From: Yuukianura sp. NJ FZ-2021
Taxonomy: Eukaryota
Assembly: GCA_046563655.1 (NCBI GenBank)
Contig: CM102288.1
Span: forward strand, 2,418,001 to 2,482,000
Direction of reading: 5' to 3'
DNA: 64,000 nt
Under the pieces are notes generated by a model. It saw only the letters and a program-made list of their open reading frames with translations, was not told the DNA's origin and searched no databases. How positions within the stretch are numbered: the first letter of the stretch is position 1; every line of letters begins with the position of its first letter. The position numbers and the translations under genes were made by a program. Below are positions 37,601-51,521 of the stretch, in pieces.

Positions 37601-39884
37601 AATCATCTTCTTCTTCGCTGAACCAGGGCAGTACTTCACCAAGGACAGAGGAGGAGCCAGTGAAAGTAAAGCGACCAGTGTTAAGACCAAGGATACCGCC
37701 GCCAGCACCTCCGCAGATCAAAAGAACTGAAACGCTCGACCGGAAAACTTCACAAAATGGCGGGAAAAGTTCAACGGAGGCCAGAAAAGTTCCGAATCGA
37801 CGCAGATTTGATGAGTTTTTGGAAGATTCAAGACCGAACGGAGATGCTGACGAATTTGTGGATTCGGATTTCTGTGATTCGGATTCCGAACTTATCCGAA
37901 ATTTTGTTTCGACTGTTCAACCAATTTACTCTATGGATGAAGAACCACTTTACCAGTACTACACTTATGGAATTTCACTTCAGGTAAGGATAATTTTTGA
38001 AAAAAAAATGAAAATTTTGAAATTATTGGTTTTTCTGCAGCCGGAAGATGATTACCAGCCAGTGATTCCAAAAAACTTGGGGTTGACCTTAGAAATGCTA
38101 ATTCCACGACAAGGTCAAAGGACGCTTTGGTGCCAAATTCCAGAAGTTACCAATTCAGGCATCCTCAGCATCCTCTCTGACAAACAAAAACAGTTACAGG
38201 AGTCTATTTTCGAAATTTTGACTTCCGAAGTATCTTATTTGAAATCTTTGGACGTTCTGATTTCACTGTTTTACCAAAATCAAGATCTGGATCAACTTTT
38301 GTCCGAAACAGATCGAGCGGCACTTTTCGGAAATATCAAACAAGGTCAGTTTTTCAAAATTTCCGACGACAAAAACTAATCGAGAATTTTTTAAAAGAAT
38401 TTAGATTTTTAGTAATGTTTCGTAAATTTTCAGTTCGAGAAGCCTCCAACAGTTTTCTAAAAGAACTGCTTAAAAAATGGGAAGAATCTTGGTACATCCA
38501 TGACGTTGGAAATTTGATTAACCAAAATTCAAAAAGACGCTTCAGCGTCTACGTCGATTACTGCAGAAATAAACCTTACCAAGATACAACGATTCAGCGT
38601 CTACGGTAAACTTTCCAAAATTTTGGAAATAGTGGCCACTTTTTACCTCCACAGTTTATACAAAATCCAGTTCCCGTTTATTTTTTCAGAAATAGTTGCG
38701 ACGAATTTTTGAACATGATCAAAAGTATTGAAGAAGATCGAAAATGTGAAAATTTGCGAATGGATTCGTTTTTGATGCTGCCGATGCAAAGGATAACGAG
38801 ACTCCCACTTCTAGTCAATGCAATTATTCAGAGAACGCAAAATCCAAAAGAAAAAGCCGAATGTGAACAAGCTCTTCAATCGCTAACAAATGTAAGACGC
38901 CATTTGAAAATAAAATGGTACAAACGAAATGAAATATTTGAAAAGTTAAAAAGGTTTGATGCCTGTGTCAATTTGTAGCTTGTTATTGAATGCAACGAAG
39001 CAGCTAGAGAAAGTCAGGACTTGGAAGAAACGAGCCGAATTATGGAGAAATTAGAATTTCACCGTGGTCATCGTCCACTCCAAAATCCTGGACAATTTGT
39101 ACTCAAGGGAGATTTTATGAAAAATCCATTTGAAACGAGTCGTGGAAATGCAAAAATCAACTGGACATTTCAAAAAGGAAAACGAACTTACTACTGCATA
39201 ATACTCTTCAAAAAGCAACTTTTTATTACGAAAAAACGAAGGTAGGAAGGTAGCGGTAGCAAAAAAAAAAAAGAGAAAAATAAAGAAAGATCCTAAAAAA
39301 CTATTAATCCCACACCTTGGTATAGTTGTCTAAAAGCTTCAAAATTTTGGTTTCAGTTCTGGAAAATTAGAAGTTGTGGATACAGCTTGTCCGAAAGATG
39401 TTCACATCAAGCTACTACCAACACTGGAGGGAATTTCGAAAGAGTACCAACATTATTTCATGCTCCATTTTGAAGGAAGAGATACCGTCTACGTATGATT
39501 TTCAATTTGAAAAAAGTTTGAGTTTAAAAGAGGAATTTGAATTTTAAACTTTTTGAAACTTTAGTTTCTTGCTGGAAAGACGCAGTCCGAACTGGATCGT
39601 TGGCGTTCGAAATTAGAGCAAATTCAAAGCGTGAAAGAGCTTCGAATGAAGGCAATTTTTCCTTACCAAGCAGAACGCTCTGATGAACTTTCATTTTCAG
39701 TTGGACAAATCATCCAAGTACAAGAAAATCAACCCGACGGTAAATTTTCGAAAAACGAGATTTTTTTTTTGCAAAATGCAAATCATTTAGAAATTTTTTT
39801 GGTTTTCCAGGATGGTACTTTGGCTCTACTGAAACTGGAGAAGAAGGCTGGTTTCCTGGAAATTACGTCACACCTGAAACCTAA
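34635..39884 (+). CDS. Ephexin/ARHGEF26-like RhoGEF (DH-PH-SH3), with probable alternative first exons
   Basis: EEPLYQYY, LWCQIPEV, LQESIFEILTSEVSYLKSL, SFLMLPMQRITRLPLL; SH3 YQAERSDELSF…GWFPGNYV. Confidence 0.88.
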
Positions 39885-40673
39885 TCACAGAAGGAACTTC
39901 AAAATTTCAAGTTAAACGACTGATTTTCTTCAAAATTTTCATTTTTTGCCAAAATCTGTATTAACTTATGTGACTCGTGTGTTCAAACTAAAATAATCAA
40001 CCTAGAATAAAGTATTTACCTGCTTAACTTTAGCCTGGTTAGTCACAATTAACTTTAAAAGCCCATCGCAACTAACCTAGGTGAAAAATCAGAATTTTAA
40101 GTTTGCAAATTTTCCTTTTCGTTTCGTTCCAATTCTTTTCAGTTCAACCGGATTTAGATCATAACTTTTTTTTTTTGCAAAGAAGAAAACAGAGAGAGTT
40201 AGTGAACCACAAAGGCCAAAGGTCAAGATCGATTGATCTCAAATTGTTTTGTTCTTCTTATTTTAAATTACACTTTTGTGTACTGTATCACTTGCTTTTC
40301 TAATTGAAAAAAGTACCCTGAAGAGTCAGCAGGAGTTAGGAATTTATAACTTTCGATTTTATTTTCGCATTTTGCAAATATGGAACAATTCAATCTGAAA
40401 GCGTAACGAAGCTTTGGTTAAGCTAAATTTTCATCTTTTGAGTTGGAGTTGCCATTTCACTGTTTGGATCAAAGATTGGAATCATCATCGCCCTGCATCT
40501 TCCTTTTCTTTTCTTATTTTTGGTCACAGTTGACTGTGTCCAAACTGTTTGGCAACAAAAATTTAGAAGATGCTTTCTTACTCACAAAGTTTATAAAAGC
40601 AACTCAAATTAACAAACGAAGGCTCAGTAGGTTTGTGAAGGCAGGCTTCGACTAAAAAATTGCAAAATTTGCA

Positions 40674-42072
40674 ATGTTGCAAAATGGTTGCCAGTTCCTT
40701 AGTGCCAAAATGCTGGTGTTGGGACTGGCTCTGGTTTTAGTTTCAACAGAAACTGAAGGTCAAGGGGCCCCTGGACCGAGTCAAGGGCCCCCACCGCAGG
40801 GTGGACAGCCTGGACCAAGACCGTTTGTAATTCCACCACAGATTGCTGCCAAGTTGCAGCAGCAGCAGTTGCAGCAACTTCAGCAACAACAGGTACATGT
40901 TGCAAAATTTTTGTTTCTCTTTTCTGCCATTCAAGATTCACCCGTACAGAAATTGCAAAAAAATAAAATCTGCGAAGTTTGTGTGTAATGCTTGAGCCTC
41001 AAAAAATTCGAAAAAGTTTTACATTTTTTTTGCAAAAACTTTTCATTTTATTTTTACATTATTTTTTATTTTATTTTTCAGCTACAGCAGCAGCAACTTC
41101 AGTTCCAAAGCCAGCAGCAGCAGCAGCGCCCTCAACAGCCACCTCAGAAACCGCAGCCACAAGCATCGCCAATTCCGAAATTCATTCCGCGAAATTCAGT
41201 TGAGTCCGATTCGTACCAAAAACGCTACTCTCCAGCCCCTCCAGGACCAAAACCACAATCACTTAAGGTAAAAACGAAAGTTAGTCTAAAATTTATGTTC
41301 AAATACATCAAAATGTCAGAGGTCAAAGGTCAACCTCATTTTTTTCAGCCACAACCTCAGCAAGCTTCTAAAGAAGAAGAGGAAGACTACTACGAAGATG
41401 AACAACCAGACAAACTTGCAATTTTGTTGCAAAAGAGTAAATTTGAATGCAGTTCTAAAAAAGATGGCTACTACGCTGATGAAACGCTGAATTGCGAAGT
41501 GTTCCACTACTGCCAGGATGCCAAGAAGCATTCTTGGATGTGTCCAGAAAACATGAACTTTCATCAAGTATGAACTTCAAAAATTGAGAATTTTTGGAAA
41601 ATCCGAATTTTCAAATTTTGAACTTTGCCATTTTGTTCAGGTCCACCTAATTTGCATGCCGCCATCTCAAGACAACATTTGCACAAAATCTGCAAATTTT
41701 CACTTCGTCAATGACTACTTGTACAGACCAATCAACGAAAAGGAAGCAGCTTCGACCAACTCCAGCCTCAAATATGCTGATCGCTACTACCCCCAAGTAT
41801 GCCATGACCTTGTGACCTACATTTGAATTTTCCCGCTAAAAACTTGACCTTTGACCTAATTTTCTGTTTTTCAGGGATACACGCCTGGCATGGCCATCGA
41901 TGAACTGCAGGATCAACAACCATATCAGCCCAGGGCTCCACAGAAATTTGGACAAAACGTTTTTTACAATTCAGAGGCAGTTAACATTCCGCTGAGCCAA
42001 AGACGACCACCGTCAAGGGCTGACCGAGACAGAGTACGGCAGCAGTCTACCACGGATTACTACGACGAATGA
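40674..42072 (+). CDS. Secreted Gln/Pro-rich protein with a CBM14 (peritrophin-A) chitin-binding domain
   Basis: Signal peptide, polyQ stretch and FECSSKKDGYYAD…CEVFHYC…HSWMCPENMNFHQVHLIC. Confidence 0.88.
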
Positions 42073-42403
42073 TTACTCAGACGATTACTTTAGCAATACT
42101 GGATTACTTTACGATTACTTCATACACGAAGAAGTATCTCCTTTAGTTTTACATTTTTTTGTAATTAAATTTTGCGTCATAATTTAAAAAGTGTTTTGTA
42201 CTTGCGCTTTTAGAGGTTTGCTGAAGGTGTCCAATTTTCCTTGTTTCATTGAGGAATTAATTAGTGTCAATTGACCAAGGTTTAATTAAGGCCGTGATTA
42301 AAAGAAATAGCTTCCGAGTTTTTTAGTTAGAAGGCTAACCGCTTTCCTTTGAGTTAGAGCAACTCAGCACACCGAAAAAAGAAAAATCAGTGTCACTTTC
42401 ATC

Positions 42404-43754
42404 ATGGTTCTCTCGGGTGTGTCCAATCGAGAAGCGCTCGTAGCGCTTGTGCTATTTGAAAGTGTAAGAAACCAAAATTGTTTTAAAACTTTAAATTTCT
42501 GTTTGAATTTGTCCAAAAAACGTAATTTTTAATCCAGGCTTGGTGGGGAACTGTATGTTTGGGAAGAACATTGCCATCATTTTTCATTCACAATTTTGAA
42601 CTTCCATCAGGTCAACACACTTTAAAAAACGTTTTTGAAACGAAATTGCAAATTCGTAGCTTACTTTTTGAAAACAGGAATCCAAGCCCTCGGATTTTTC
42701 AGTCTCATCGGTGTGCTTGCTCTCAAGCTGCTCAGTGTCGGCTTCTTTTGTGTCGCTGCCTTACAGAAGAAACGGGTTTGGTTTAATTTAATGAAAAATT
42801 TCATAACATTTAGCTTAATCTAAACAAATTTGACCTCGACCTTTAGCAAACCTCCAAAAGCTGCTTGAAGATTTGGTACTCCGGAAACCTGGTGCTGGAT
42901 ATAACGTTTCTGTCATTCTTATGTGGTTATGGAATTTACTACCACGTTATAATTGGCATGCCCTTCCCGGCTTCATTTTTCACCTTTTTGATTCTGCGTA
43001 TTTTATTTTGGATCATCGCGACGCTTGTTGTGCGCAGCGTCAATTCAGATGATGGCGGAAAACCGGAATCGGAGTTGGCGGGCTGGGCTTGGGAAAAGGC
43101 ATTTCTGCTCTGGGAAATATTTTGGTACCTTGCGGTTATCCTGGTCTTTATGGAGAAAGGGCTCCTGGGCCCTTCATGGGACAGTAAGTATTCTATACGT
43201 CAGAGGTCAAGGGCACCAATGATGTAAAACGTACAAGTTTTTTCATTCTAGTTATGCTACCGGACTACCATGTCACGGATTGGACCACGACAGCCACTTA
43301 CGGAACGATGCTCCTTTCGGCGTTGATCACCCTCCTGTCGATTCTGCGCGTAAGATTTTCAAGTTAAAGTGTTACTTTTTAAACAAATTGTCCATTTTTT
43401 CTAAAGAATTGGAAAGCATTTCTAAAATTTTGGCTTGCTTTCTACACCTTCGCTGGATTTGGACTTTACATTTTTTCAAATTTCGGAGAATTCGTATACC
43501 ATTGGGCTGCGGCTGGGAAGCAAGAACGTCTTGCTGCTTTGATTGATTCCGGCACGGCTATTTTCTTTGCTGGAACGGTGTTAGTCCTTCGAACGGTAGC
43601 GCTGATTCATTGCATTGGAATCGCTTACAGTCAGCCCGTTTCCAGCGAAGATACTGGAAAAGAATCGGCTGACACCAGTGGACTTCAGGGAACGGAATCT
43701 GAAAAACAGCCGCTAATTTCTTTGCCGCAAAAATCAAACGAATCCAAAAAGTAA
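42404..43754 (+). CDS. Uncharacterized multi-pass membrane protein (multi-exon)
   Basis: Successive hydrophobic exons with GT-AG boundaries. No family recognized, and the exon joins were not all verified. Confidence 0.6.
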
Positions 43755-44097
43755 TTCAAAATTCCCACCAAAACCGGACGTTAATTATTGTTGAATTGAC
43801 CTTTAATTAATTAAAATTGTTAATTAATCTTTAGTTTTAAGACTAAAGATTTTAATAAACTTGTCAAGGAATGTCATAAAACGAATCGAATAATTTCAAA
43901 AAAAGTTTTCCCGCCAGGCACCTCTGCCATATGGAAAATTCGTCCGCCAAATTCAAATTGAACAATAACGAATAGTGAACGTTTATTTCTCTGAAATACA
44001 AGAATGACAACGATTTTTTAAAAACAGTTTTCGATACACACGATACAACGGCCACCCGTCATTGGCAGGTTGAGATTATACTTAAGTTTTCGGTTGT

Positions 44098-45931
44098 TTA
44101 AAATTCATTGAAGTGAGCAAAAAAACTGGTGATCAGCAGTACCAGAACTGGAAAAACACTGAAAGTTTTGGACGGAGCGGAATTTGTTTCTTTGCCTTCG
44201 CTAAAGTAATCGTCGTCATCTGGAGGAATGTAGGCTTCTTTCTTTGGAGCCGACTGACCGGCCTTTGGTATCGACGGCTCCGATTCAACATCAGTGTACT
44301 CGCTAGTGACGGTAGTATCATATGGAGATACTGTGGAAACTGATCCGTAACCGGAAGTCGGCTTTGGTGTTTCGTATGGCTCATACCCATCAGCAGGATA
44401 ACGTTTCGTGGACGTCGAAGTGGCTGAACCGGAAGTTGGCTTTGGTGTTTCGTATGGATCATACCCACCAGCAGGATAACGTTTCGTGGACGTCGAAGTG
44501 GCTGAACCGGAAGTTGGCTTTGGTGTTTCGTATGGATCATACCCACCAGCAGGATAACGTTTCGTGGACGTCGAAGTGGCTGAACCGGAAGTTGGCTTTG
44601 GTGTTTCGTATGGATCATACCCACCAGCAGGATAACGTTTCGTTGACGTCGAAGTGGCTGACCCGGAAGTGGACTTTGGTGTTTCATACGTCTCATAACC
44701 ACCAGCTGGATACCGTTTCGTCGATATGTAGGATTCGGTGACTGGAGTCGGTTTCTCTGTGAAGCGCGGGTAAGTCCATTTTTGAGTTGTTTCAGTAGCG
44801 TATTTCGTAGTCGACGTAGAACCGTATCCCGGTACCGGGTATTTTTTTGAGGTGGGCTGGGTAGTATATCCAGGTCGTTCCGTAACTCCGAATCCTTGAT
44901 TCTGATTGGGATATCGCGGTCGCTCAGTCTGATAGCCAGGAGTCTGTACTGGATAAACCGGTCGCTGCGTTGGATACTCCGGTGTTTGTGCTGGATAAGC
45001 AGGTTGTTCCGTTTGGTATCCGAAGAACGGCGTCTGCGTAGTGGAAGCGATATAAGGTTGTCGCATTTGGTTTTGGTCGTAATATTTGTAATTTGGTGGT
45101 GGTGCTGTGGGGTCGGCAGTGGGCATGGGAGGCGCTTGTGTTCCTGGGATGTAGTATCCTGACCTTCTCATTGTCGACGTTTCTTGTTCAAAGTATGGCG
45201 CCTTTGTGGGTGCTTGGTGTAGCCTGGTAAAGGTTCGCCGAGTCGTTGTATACTGTTTTGGTCTAACACCCCATCCGTCAAGGTCATTGTCTACTGGTCG
45301 ACTGGGCCAATTTTGTTCTGGATAAGGTTGGCAGTTGATGAAATTGTTGACTTTGGCAGCAGAGTAGTATTCTTTATTGCCGAACTCCGGCTCTTCGTCT
45401 TGCATACCCTCCGGAGGACATTCTGGGAGGTTGTTGTACTGTTGACGTTGACCATTGAATTGATTCCATGATCCACTGCCAGCATTTTGATTCCATGATG
45501 ATCCACTGCCAGCATTTTGATTCCATGATGATCCACTGCCAGCATTTTGATTCCATGAACCACTGCCAGAATTTTGATTCCATGATGATCCACTGCCAGC
45601 ATTTTGATTCCATGAACCACTGCCAGCATTTTGAGACCAAGCATCACTTTTTTCGGTGGTAGTACTGGTAGTTGTCTCTTGAAATTGTTTACTTCCACGC
45701 CAGTAGGCAGATTGCCGTTGGAATCGGAGCGAGTGAACCTCCTCTTCGTCAACGTCGTCTTCCTAAAAATAATCAGAAATGCATTTTTCGGTTTCCAATT
45801 CTAAAAACAAAAAAGTTTAAAAATTTAGTGTTTTGGTGTTTTACTAGATTTTGATTTTCTTCTTCCGTTGAAGAAGCAATACTTGCAGATGCAAGTATTA
45901 CCAAAAGAAAATAATTTACTGAAAGTCGCAT
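44098..45931 (-). CDS. Secreted, probably GPI-anchored Pro/Thr/Tyr-rich mucin- or cuticle-like protein with two tandem-repeat blocks
   Basis: Signal-peptide exon MRLSVNYFLLVILASASIASS, a long exon from about 45762 open to stop at 44098, and a hydrophobic C-terminus. Confidence 0.85.
44349..44722 (-). repeat. Coding 78-bp tandem repeat, about 4.8 copies (KRYPAGGYDPYETPKPTSGSATSTST)
   Basis: Unit starts at 44349, 44427, 44505, 44583 and 44661. Confidence 0.95.
45461..45637 (-). repeat. Coding 27/30-bp tandem repeat, about 6 copies (WNQNAGSGS[S])
   Basis: Repeated ttgattccatga(tga)(t/a)ccactgccagcatt. Confidence 0.9.
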
Positions 45932-45990
45932 TTTGCTGAAAAAGTTTTCCTGGATGACCCGGAATAGTGTTTGGCTAATCACGATTGGAG

Positions 45991-46646
45991 TAACTGAACA
46001 AATAAATTTTTTTTACCCCAGGACTTCAAATGATTTCAAATGGTTCGGATGTGGTTGACATGTTTTTCAAAAAAAAATAAATAAAATAAAACATAATCTT
46101 TTGGAAAAAGTTTTCCTGTTCCAATTTCCGCTTCGATTCTCGTAAAACCTAAATAACATCATCAAATATTTTGGGCATCGGCTCGTTTCCTTCTGCATTC
46201 GGTAAAATTTCAAATGTAATTAACAATTTGCAATTTGAAACTTTTTAAATTTTAAACCTAACTTTTTAACGTGGCAAAAATTTCAGAAATTCAGCTGAAA
46301 TTCAAGTTTTGGATGTTTTTGAATGGCGTAAAATTCACCTTTTCTCTAACTTTTTGACGTATCAAAATTTTTAAAAATTCACTTTTACTTTACTTTTTGA
46401 GGAATTGGAATTTTGAAAAATTCAGGCGTAATAAACTAACTTTTGGGCTTGGCTGAATTGGGTAACTGAACGATAAAAATTTGTTTCTTTTTACCCCAGA
46501 AATTCAAATGTTTTCAAAATTCATTTGAAAATGGTCCAGATGTGGTTGACATGTTTTCCAAAAAAACACTCACTTTTTCGGAAAAACTTTCCCTGTTCCA
46601 ATTTCCGCTTCGATTCTCGTAAAACCTAAACAACATCATCAAATAA
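45991..46646. repeat. Local direct duplication of about 180 bp (45991-46170 and 46462-46646)
   Basis: Shared atgtggttgacatgtttt and ctgttccaatttccgcttcgattctcgtaaaacctaaa.aacatcatcaaata blocks. Confidence 0.85.
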
Positions 46647-47020
46647 TCTTGTGCATATTTTTCCTGCTCATGCATGGCTTGTCGTTGTCATTGCATTGAT
46701 ATCTTCTTGCATTCGATAGAATTTCAAATCTAAATTCTAACAATTTCATTTTGAGATTCGAAATTAAAATGTTTTCATTTTGAGTCATGAGGACTTTTTG
46801 GTCAAACAGGATTTCTAAAAAAGGTCGAGTCTTCTATCCATAATACTTTATTAGAACGCCGGTCACGGATGAGGAATGACATTTCTGTCAATTTTCAATT
46901 TTATATGATCAGATTTTTCGAATTTACTTTTTGACCAATTTCGAACAATTTTTTGGAAATGTTAAATAATAGTAATACTTGGCACGAAACTCAAAGACAT
47001 TGGAATGTTGGATGTATTTT

Positions 47021-47935
47021 TTAGAACATATTCTGGACGGAAGTAAAGAAAATGGCGACAATCAAAGCGGAAGTGGTGACGGACTGGATTGAACTGCCAT
47101 TGTGCGTGTGGCCACTGTTGTCACCTTTCTTCCCACTGGCCTCAGACTTCCCTTTGCCTGCTTGTGCCTGGCCCCCTGCTGGATTCTCATAGTCCTGGTT
47201 ACTCCCGTGAGCTCCATGTCCAGGGCCCTGAGCCGTTGTGTTGTGTTGAGGCTGGTATCCAGACGGGTTCTGTGGTGGGTATCCCGATGGGTTCTGTGGT
47301 GGGTATCCAGACGGGTTCTGTGGGTATCCAGACGGGTTCTGTGGTGGGTATCCAGACGGGTTCTGTGGGGGGTATCCAGGTTGGTTCTGTGGTGGATATG
47401 GTGGACCTTGATTGTTATATCTTCCCCCTGGCCCTTGATCCAAGTTTCCCATTCCTTGACCATGATAAAAGGATTCTAGAAGAAACATAACGTTTTCGAA
47501 AAAAATTCAAGGAAAGTTGTCCGAATTTCGAAAAATGGACTATAGGATGTTACCACATTTCTTTTGGTCGCAATTTTCAATTTGCTCTGGTGTTCCAGCC
47601 ACACATTCAAGCTTTTTTGGATCAAAAAATTGACCTTGGGTGCACACCGTGTTGGCTTCTCTCAAGAATGCACCGGATTGAACAGCGTCACACTTGTAGT
47701 AGGCAGTACAATTTGCAATCAGAGGGTACTTGTTTCCATCTGTACACAATTCTGTGTCATGTTTGAATACAATCTGTAACAAATCAGCAAATAATTAATT
47801 CAGTGCTTTCAATTTTTACATTTTTCGATAATTTTTATTATTTACCGATTTGCAAAATTCCAAATCTTCTTCTCCGAGTGCAAGGCACGGACAAGCCAAG
47901 GTCGCAATCCAAAATGTCAGAATTCTAAAATCCAT
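47021..47935 (-). CDS. Secreted CBM14-like chitin-binding protein with PPQNPSGY repeats and a GPI-type tail
   Basis: Signal peptide MDFRILTFWIATLAC, exon with CTDGNKYP…NCTAYYKC…CTQGQFFDPKKLEC, 24-bp repeats at about 47253-47395, and a hydrophobic C-terminus. Confidence 0.82.
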
Positions 47936-48516
47936 AATTCAAAAAAGTTAGAAACAAATTACGAGATTTGGAATCGACAACCAAAGTGAACTAAGACATC
48001 TAACAAACTGTACTTCTTATTTTATCCTCAACTAAAATTTCCTTTACCGTCACTATTTTTAAGAACTGAAGCTTAAGGAAGAATTTCCATGACTCAAGTT
48101 GCCTTGGATTGTCAATAGATAGGAGAATGACGAAAATGCCACTTAAAACCACTTCCGTTGAAGTAGGTTTTAAGGGGAAAAGTCTCCCAATTTGTATTGA
48201 TTTAATTTAAATGTTTTATCCTGGTAAACTAAATAATTCATTTTCTCTAACTACGTAAATTGCACTCGGAATTGAATTTGTCATCACTGGATGGATTTGA
48301 CTCTGGTCACTCCTAAAACTAAAACCTTGATGTCAAGGTATATCATATGGCAATCTTTGGTCCTTAGGGTAGCAAATCAGAATGGAGTCCAAGGCACTGG
48401 AAATTTTTTCAGTTTGAATGTTGGCGTCACACGCCTAACATTCTGACTGTAGCAAATGTAAGTCTTTTGGTCATGGAAGGAAGACGTAATTTGGACGTTT
48501 TGGTTCTCTAGAAAAC

Positions 48517-50683
48517 TCAGAGAACCGTAAACGTTTCTAGCAGTTGATGGCCAAAATGGGTGATGACATAATCTGAAAACAAGCATAAAAAGTTTTGTTT
48601 CAGTTGCAATTTGCAAGTATAATGTTTACGTTTTCATAACGAACGCACCGTGATAGTACATCATTATACAAAGAGGCTGTCCCAGAATGAGTGATGCCCA
48701 TACGATCATGTTTCCCCATCTTGCCCTCTCTCCGTTCTTTCCAACGATCATTTTGCACAGAAATGACAGCGGAAGTTGAGCCATCATTCCCAAAAAGGCC
48801 CAAATCTAAAAAGCCAAAAAGTAGTTTTAAAATGCATCAGGTTTCGTTCCAAGTCGATTGAATTAATTTGTTGTTACCTTGAACGTCCTCAAAGGAACTG
48901 ACACGAGATACTCGTGAAAAAATGCAGAGGTGAAGAAGACGATCAGGGCTGCTTTGAACTTTGAGCCTGTTGATTTGAGAATGGGGACGTACATGTGGCG
49001 AACGGCCCACCGATGGACAGGAGTATTCCAGGTTCTCCAGAAAGTGTCAATATCTAAACAATGCGGAAAATATTTGTTTTGTTGTTAACGTGGATAATGA
49101 AGTAAGGAAAATTGGAAACTTGCCTGGAGAGTTCCACCAATCGGAATAGAAATCTCGATCAGCAAACTTGAGCACTTCACCCATAACGTTGAGTGCACAA
49201 TGAAAGACCAAGTAGAAGAATACTAGCCATATCAAGTGATTTGGAATCTGTAAAGTTCAATAATTAGGCAATGCTGTTATGTTAGAACGAAGACTAGAGT
49301 AATTGATATTTTGAATTGTGCTTGTGACTCACGGATAACTTCAGCAGTCGCTCCTGGATTTTCACTACATCCATATTAGAAAATGGGATAAGCGAATTCT
49401 TCACTGTGGGAATGATCCACTGCTGAATCAAAGCCACAACCAGTTGAGCACCGAAGAAACATTCCAGTGCTCGTCGCAAAAGGAATCGCTTCCGAATTCG
49501 ATCTGATCTTGGAAAGTTGAGCTCGTAGCACAGAGTTGGCGCAAATATGAAATAGTAGAGATCCGTAATGCACAAATTGTTAGGATATTCTACGTCTGTT
49601 CCAGGCCCAGCTTTTGGAGCATCTTGATTGTTTCCTGAGTCTAAGATGACATGGCATTTATTACATTTAGTTGGATCAACTGCATAGAACTAGTGAAACA
49701 TTGTATTTGAGTGTTAGCTTACTTTTGCTAGAAGCAGAAGCATAGTTCTGCGATGACATTCGTCGTCGTCTGTTTGGGCCCACTTGGCATGCTGCGGCTC
49801 GGCACCACCCATTTACCTGAAAGTAATTGAAATGCTCAATTCTAACAAATTGTCAGTTCAGCTTCCTCTTTTATTTTGGCTTACTTGACCGTATGACCAC
49901 AACTTGAGGAAGATGACACAATAGGAGAAGCAGTTTACAGTTGCTCCCATCAGTGAAAATACATCCGTTCCCCACATATTAAAAATGGCAATAGGTGTCA
50001 GTAGAAGGACGAATAAGTTGGTGACCTACAAAAAGACGATTTCATACATATACAGAACGCAGAAGTATTTTAAATGGGACGATACTGTTGTATAAAAATT
50101 CACCTGAGCCACCATCCCTTGTCGTTCTGATAGAGCTCCGGATGCAAGTCCCTTGTCAATCAACAATCCCATCAAGATGTGTACATTCGAATCTGAAAAA
50201 ATCAGCCCACGATTTAGTTTGTAAGCTATTTTATTATAAGGTGTTAATACGAGTACGTACAAATCAGCAGGATTAGTGAAGGCGGAACAACGGTGATGTG
50301 CGTATCTCCCAAAAAGACTTTCAGCCATTCTTGCGGATTGACCCGTAACCCGTACTTGAGAACATTTTCTAGGAAAAGCCTTGACCCGCCGAGAAACAGG
50401 AGTAGAAACCCCCAGTTTACAAACCCACCAAAGTCGTTGAAGCCGGAAGACCAGGAAAATAACGAGTCACATGGCCGGTGAATACTGCGTTAAAAAGTAC
50501 AAAATCAGTTTGCCAAATTTTATGGACTATGAATTTTTATTAGTGAAAATGGTCTTACGGTTTGTCTGGTCGCTTCCTCCGAAGTTTCTGTTCTAATTGG
50601 TGTATGTCTTCCAGTTCTGTAGTGGATTTAATTCGACGTAACCTCGGTTTTCCGAAACTAGCATTGTCGCCATTGGTTGTCAT
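48517..50683 (-). CDS. DGAT1: Diacylglycerol O-acyltransferase 1 (MBOAT; midway orthologue)
   Basis: [60 protein letters not shown] and [12 protein letters not shown] motifs. Confidence 0.95.
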
Positions 50684-51521
50684 TCTTGGGGGTACTAAAT
50701 TCCTATTCCTACTGATTGTCTAGTGTTCAGTCAATGACCTGCCAGTCAGTTGATTATCCAGTGCTACCACTAGTCAGTGTTCCAGTTGTTCAGTTCTTCA
50801 AGTGCACGATCCACCAGCAGCAGCAGCAGCTCCACCCGTTAATCCTCTTCCTCAGCTGTTATCTGTGTATCTGTCACATCACATGGAGTTTATCAACAGG
50901 AAGAGATCATGTGGACAAGGGATGGACAATAACATTTATTTTTAGCACGGTCCAGACAAAGATTTCACCCTAATCCTAATGTACCTACAGCCTGTAAGTT
51001 AGAGGGCCCGTTAGTGCCGATATTATTGTTCATTCTCTCGTTCAGTTTCAGGTTAACTGAGAATTAATCATCAATTAATTAATCAATCGGTTTTGTGAAG
51101 AAAGGTTTATGTCGATAAGGTAAGGAAGCTTATTGTCCCAAAAAATTTCCGTCCATATGAGTCGCACGCGGGTTTTGAATTTGAATTTGGCGGTAGTTGG
51201 GTCATGTGGGTTTGAGTGGAAGTATTATGTATTTTGTGTTTATAGGAGTTGTCTATAGACAAATAATTTCTGTAGCCTCTGGCAGTAATCAATTCCAATT
51301 TGACGGATTTTTTATTTATAAAACTCCTCCTTTTCTTGTTTTTAACTTATTTTGACACTTGGAACAGCTGAACGAGTGACCTTAGCGAAGGTCAAGAGGT
51401 CAACATCCCTCGTACACTTCCCCAAGTATGTAGAATTCCACCAGTCAGAAAACGACCCACCAAACTTATATATGAAAAGGACTGAATTTTGTAACAAAGA
51501 ATACTGTAGTATGAAATCATC

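Noticed and set aside
44349..44722. Regular repeats that could be taken for a CRISPR array
   Set aside because: Units are contiguous with no unique spacers, are multiples of 3 inside a eukaryotic ORF, and there are no cas genes.
45291..45752. Alternative-frame repeat ORFs (GIKMLAVDHH, MESKCWQW, MIHCQHFDS)
   Set aside because: Off-frame or antisense readings of the WNQNAGSGS coding repeat.
50814..50830. Short (CAG)n tract upstream of DGAT1
   Set aside because: About 5 units; an ordinary microsatellite.
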